From: the human T2T-CHM13v2.0 reference genome, Homo sapiens
DNA length: 64,000 nt
Assembly: GCF_009914755.1 (NCBI RefSeq)
Contig: NC_060927.1
Reading direction: 5' to 3' (one strand)
Part shown: one piece after another, positions 58,563 through 64,000 of the stretch
Layout of the letters: every line of letters starts with the position of its first letter
Position numbering within the stretch: the first letter of the stretch is position 1
Translations under genes and position numbers: made by a program
Notes under the pieces: generated by a model
Seen by the model: only the letters and a program-made list of their open reading frames with translations
Database searches by the model: none
What the model was told of the DNA's origin: nothing

Positions 58563-59413
58563 TTCATGGTGGGCCCTTTTCTGAGAGTCTTCTCTAAGAC
58601 GTGAGAGGTTTACTGCCTTTTGAGGTAGACTATTTCAATACTGGAGAGTTGAAATTAGACTTTTCTCCCAATATTTAGCAGAATCCTGAGGACACTGGGG
58701 CTATGGAAGATGTGGATTGTTTCTATTTTTGTGGCAGGTTGCAGAGCCAGCCATCTCTCAGTGAAGAGCCATTTAGTTGTAAAGGCAGTTCCTATGTTAT
58801 TCCTGGACTGTCCCTTTTCCAGGCTAATTGTTTGTCATTGGAAATGGCTCAGCTGTGGCCTAAGACATGACTGGCATTTGTGGAACCCCGATATTTATTT
58901 GAACAACTCAAGGTCACAATAGGCAGCTGTATCAGCCTGCCAACTTGGATTGAATCTGCCATCAGTGAAAACCCCCAGGTCTATTTCACACATGCCACCG
59001 TGAAGTCACATCTCCTTGTCTCTGTTTTCACAGCTTGCTATTTGATCCTAAGTGTGGACTTTAAATTTGTCTCTGTTATTTTCTATCATGTTAGATTTCA
59101 ATCTTCCTTCCATCTTCTTGGAAACTTTGAAAATGTCATTTCTGTCATCTAATATATTAACTAGTGTTCTCAGCTTAATGTTTTTGAATGAATAAAGAAA
59201 CCTACAAGTTAACACTTAATAAATTAATTCCCAAACATGAATTGAGGATTCCATGTTCCAGGAATGATGATATCATACTAACGTTTCATCGCTTTGTGAA
59301 CTGAAGAGGGTTTTTGGCTTCTTACATATGTAACCTAAGAGATGGAAATCCCAACAAAAATATTTGGAAAGATAGACACTCTGGGATAGTTTATTCTACA
59401 GCAGTATAGTTCA

Positions 59414-59744
<331 letters not shown>

Positions 59745-59809
59745 CTAGCTAGCCACATATAAAGAAGTTGAACAAAAAGATGAAAATAATTTAAATATTA
59801 TTTTTAACT

Positions 59810-60621
59810 TTATTGGTCTTCTATGACTGCTGTAACAAGTTACCACAAACTGGGTGGCTTAAAGCAATAGAAATTTTTTCTCTCATGTTTCTGGAGAACA
59901 GAAGTCCCAGACATGAAATCAAGGTGTCAGCAGGGCTACGCTCCTATGGGAGGCTCTAGAGAAAAATCCCTTCTTTGCTTCTTCCAGATTCTTGTGGATG
60001 CTGACTTGTGGATTGACTTGTGGCTGCCATATCACTCCAATCTTGGCCTCCATTGTCATGTTACCTGTTCATCTTCTGTCTGTCAAATCTCCCTCAGCCT
60101 CACTCTTTTTTTTTTAAATTTTTTTTTTATTTTTTTGATATAGGGTTTCACTCTGTTGCCCAGGCGGGAATGCAGTGACACAATCATGTCTCACTGCAGG
60201 CTGAAACTCCCCAGGCTCAGGTGATTCTTTCTCCACAGCCTCCTGAGTAGCTGAGACTACAAGCTCATGCCATCACACCTGGCTGATGTTTGTATTTTTT
60301 GTAGAGATGGGGTTTTGCCATTTGCCCAGGCTGTTCTCGAACTCCTGAGCTGAAGCTATCCACTTACCTTGGTTTCTCAAAGTGCTGGGATTAGACGCAT
60401 GAGCCACCATGACTGGCTAGCCTCACTCTTAACAGAAAACTTGACATTGGATTTAAGGCCACCTAGATAATCAAGGGTAAGCTCCTTCTCTCAAGATTCT
60501 CTATCACATTTTTTTTAACCACATAAGGTAATATTCACTTGTTTACCATATAAGGTAGTACTGATAAGTTCTAGGGATTAGGACATGGACACATCTTTCT
60601 GGAGGCTATCAGCCCACTACA
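59810..60621 (-). mobile_element. MLT1 LTR containing an Alu
   Basis: tgctgtaacaagttaccacaaactgggtggcttaaa...cagcccactaca. Confidence 0.85.
60107..60418 (-). mobile_element. AluJ-like element
   Basis: Diverged Alu consensus; TSD agcctcactctt. Confidence 0.93.
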
Positions 60622-61632
60622 ATTATGTCTACATGTAATCAGTATAAAGAATTATTAATGAGATAGTTTACTTTTTTTTCTGTAACAAGTCTTTGAAATC
60701 TGGTGTGTGTTTAACACTGACAGCACATCTCAATTCAGATGCTCAATTTTTCTTGAAAATACTTGATCTGCTTTTAGATTTTATAAAATGTACAGTTATA
60801 AACATTGATTAACATACTTGAGTTGTTTCAACCTTATTTAAAACTGTTCCAGTAAGTAAATCAAACATCAGTTCTAAAATTTAAGTTAAATAAATCAGTA
60901 AAAATTAAAAATTCATTTATTTAGTCTCACTAGCCACATTTCAAGTGAAGCCTGGGACCTCCTTGTACAGTGGCCAGTGGCTACTGTCTTATATTCTGCC
61001 ATGATGCAAACGTAAAGCCCACTTCAATTATAGCATATGAACTATAATACATAAAGTAGCGGATGTACTCTTACGTAATAATGCCTAGACTTTAAGTACC
61101 ATTAAGTTTGGTAATTTATTCTGAAAGTATTTTGAATGCCCTCAGGAGCTAAGACCTGTAAATATGGTAATAAACAAAATCAACATGGTCTCAACCTCCT
61201 GGGGTTTTCTGTCTGAATGCACATTAGTTTCGTTACCTTGCCTAAGCCTCAGCTGTCAGAAATTGGTATGGGACGATAGTTAAGAAAACCACTGGGCAAA
61301 TATATCTGAAAATGCCTGGGTAAGAAGCCTGCTTAGTCTGTAGAGATCCTATGATCAGAACCTCAGTAGAACCTGATGTTCAACCTTCTGTCAAGTGTAA
61401 GCTGAATTCCCATCTAAATAACTTTTCTTCAGGATATTAACTTGATGTTTTGTAAGATGAAGAAATTAGAGAATATACTTAAAATATCATGAGAATAAAG
61501 ATAAATGGAAATAAAATGGGTGACATTATTAATAATGGCAAACAGTAATATCACAACAGTAAAACACATTATAAAAATAAAACCAGTTCATGCTTTAAAA
61601 ATTTTTCTTTTCACCAGCACACACTTGATGGA

Positions 61633-62143
61633 TTTTTTTTTTCTACTTTAAGTTCTGAGATACCTGTGCAGAATGTGAAGGTTTGTTACATAAGTATATA
61701 TATATGTGCTGTGGTGGTTTCCTGCACCCATGAACCCGTCATCTACATTAGGTATTTCTTCTAATGCTATCCTTCCCCTAACCCCCCACCAGCCGACAGG
61801 CCCCAGTGTGTGATGTTCCCCTCCTCGTGTCCATGTATTCTCATTGTTCAACTCCCACTTATGAGTGAGAATATGCAGTGTTTGGTTTTCTGTTCCTGTG
61901 TTAGTTTGCTGAGAATGATGGTTTCCAGCTTCATCCATGTCCCTGCAAAGGACATGAACTCATCTATTTTTATGGCTGCATAGTATTCCATGGTGTATAT
62001 GTACCACATTTTCTTTACCCAGTCTATCATTGGTGGGCATTTGGGTTGGTTCCAAGTCTTTGCTATTGTGAACAGTGCTGCAGTAAACCTGTGTGTATGT
62101 GTCTTTATAGTAGAATGATTTATAATCCTTTGGGTATATACTC
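61633..62143 (-). mobile_element. 5'-truncated L1PA (3' ~510 bp)
   Basis: Minus-strand ORF WYIYTMEYYAAIK..MSFAGTWMKLETIILSKL is the ORF2 C-terminus; TSD cacttgatgga at 61622 and 62144. Confidence 0.95.
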
Positions 62144-64000
62144 CACTTGATGGAATTTTAAGCCATCTGTCTATCTCTCATACAGTATATTTTGCCTGAG
62201 AGGTTTCCCAGAAAAGATGCTGTTGGTTTGCTCCTTGTAGCAATGTACCCTTAGGAATAGAAAGGATGTCCCCTTTTTAGTGGTTTTAGAGAGACCACAA
62301 GTCAGCTTACTTACTACTTTACAAGAGTTTGGACTCATTACCAGAAAGAATTGTACCAACAAAAAAGAAATATCATGGATTTTGAGATGATCAAGCTTCT
62401 AAAATATGTTGCTACTCTTTGGCTATTATACATCAGTTTCAAGTTTTGGGATTGTTTCCTATGTTAACTTAGCAGTTCTTATTCAGAATCAATTCTCAGC
62501 CAATTTTTAGAAAACAAAAATCCTTATGGAAGAGAAGAGACCTGAAGGTTTGAGTCGATAATGTTTTAATACAAACATTATTATAAAAAGATAAATATTC
62601 AGTATGGATTGGGGCCTGAATTTATTTGTATTGAGAAATTGATGTTGAATTCATTTCCTTATGGGGCATCTGGTGACCAATCTTATATCCCATCTGGGTT
62701 CTTATTTCATTCTACAAACATTTATGTGGGGTGCTGTGCCAGCACTTACAGGTGCCAAAGAAGAAGATGAATCAAAGGATACTTTATCACAAAGCACTCG
62801 GAAATAGTGGGCAGTGCTTATAAATGAAAAATAATATAAGGCAAGAAGTATGTGCTGAGTAAAGGTGTGAGGACAAAGAAAGAATAATCATTCCAATCTA
62901 GAAGGACTGGGAAAGACCTCGTTTGTGGAGGAGATGGCCGGGAGAAAGATGAAAATCGTCATTTCCATTTGCTGAAATGTTCCTATGTGGCAGGCTTGCC
63001 ATAAATCCCAAAGCCTAGCAGAGTGGCCGGTAATTAAAAAGGATGATTAATACATGAAACAAGCAAGTTTAAAAATTTTGTTTAAAAAATTTTAGGCTTC
63101 ATTGTGTGAACATCCATCCCAAAATAACCCAGACATACACTATTTGTCAGAAGGTTAGATTGGATGACTTCTATCTTCTATTATTTTTTCCGTGGCTTCA
63201 TTTTCTGTTCAAATCTAGATATTGCTTGAATCATATCCCATTGTGATAAACCAAGCCAGAATCATTGGGACGCGTTTTTTAATAGTTAATCTGTAAATTA
63301 TACGGATTTGAATCTTCTTATAGTTTTTCCTTCTCTAAGCTGCAGTGTTTACCTATTTACGTATTGAGTGCACTGACATCTAAGTCTTGATATTTTTATA
63401 TTCTCTGAGATTTCTTTGCACTTTTAATCTTAAATCTTAAATATCATGTAGGTACCTTCATGTTTTTTTCAGACCATTTTGGTTTTTGGCTGCCTGATCT
63501 TTGAGAACAAAGTAACAGCTTATCTGGTCTATATGAGATTCATTAGTTGAAGCTCTCAAAAGATTTTTGGTTTTTTCAAACAATGCCTTAAAATATAGAC
63601 AAACATTTTCTCTAGATGAGCAAGTGTACTAAAGTATGGAGAAGAAATGTGAAAGAAATGTACTAAAATTATCAAATGTTGGTATATTTAGTCTACCCTT
63701 GTTTTGATTTCATCATTTCTCTCCTCTTTCCCTCTGACTCTCATGCCATATAAATTCTGGGCATCCAGCCCTCACCCAGAGCTCATTTCAACTCACTCAC
63801 ATATCCAAAAGAAACACCACTGTGATGGCAAAAATTTTAGAAGAAAGTAAGACTTTGTTGACAGACTCTTGTAGAGGTAGTGCAAAAAGAATTACATCCT
63901 AGAACACAGAGTGAGAATTTGCTGAAATTCTCCTGTCCATATCTCAGTCTGTGTCATCTTCCATGTTCATCCAGACTCCAAACCACTCCTTTCCCACTGC

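Overview
Primate, most likely human, genomic DNA: AT-rich and dense in Alu, L1, L2, MIR, MaLR/ERVL LTRs and hAT/mariner fossils. It holds the 5' end of the brain-enriched secreted neurokine gene TAFA1 (FAM19A1) on the + strand. The gene parts seen here are a non-coding exon 1 (about 35.6 kb to 36070, donor CAG|GTAAGA), a 1921-nt intron, and the first coding exon (37992-38112, ATG at 37995) encoding the signal peptide [25 protein letters not shown] plus [15 protein letters not shown] very long intron 2 follows, with a CpG island about 1 kb downstream of the coding exon. The first ~35 kb is upstream, repeat-rich sequence. All other ORFs in the track look like chance ORFs or repeat translations. 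I see no bacterial-type system, CRISPR array or novel multi-gene system. The best leads are regulatory: (i) a leader with 8 upstream ATGs, one opening an out-of-frame ORF across the whole signal-peptide exon; (ii) a sense-oriented MLT2 LTR ~13 kb upstream with an intact DUX4/OTX motif and a splice donor, a candidate alternative promoter; (iii) an old ~240-bp locally templated insertion inside an L2; (iv) a homeodomain-motif cluster in intron 2; (v) a close inverted Alu pair in intron 2. Repeat subfamily names and repeat boundaries were assigned by eye and are approximate.
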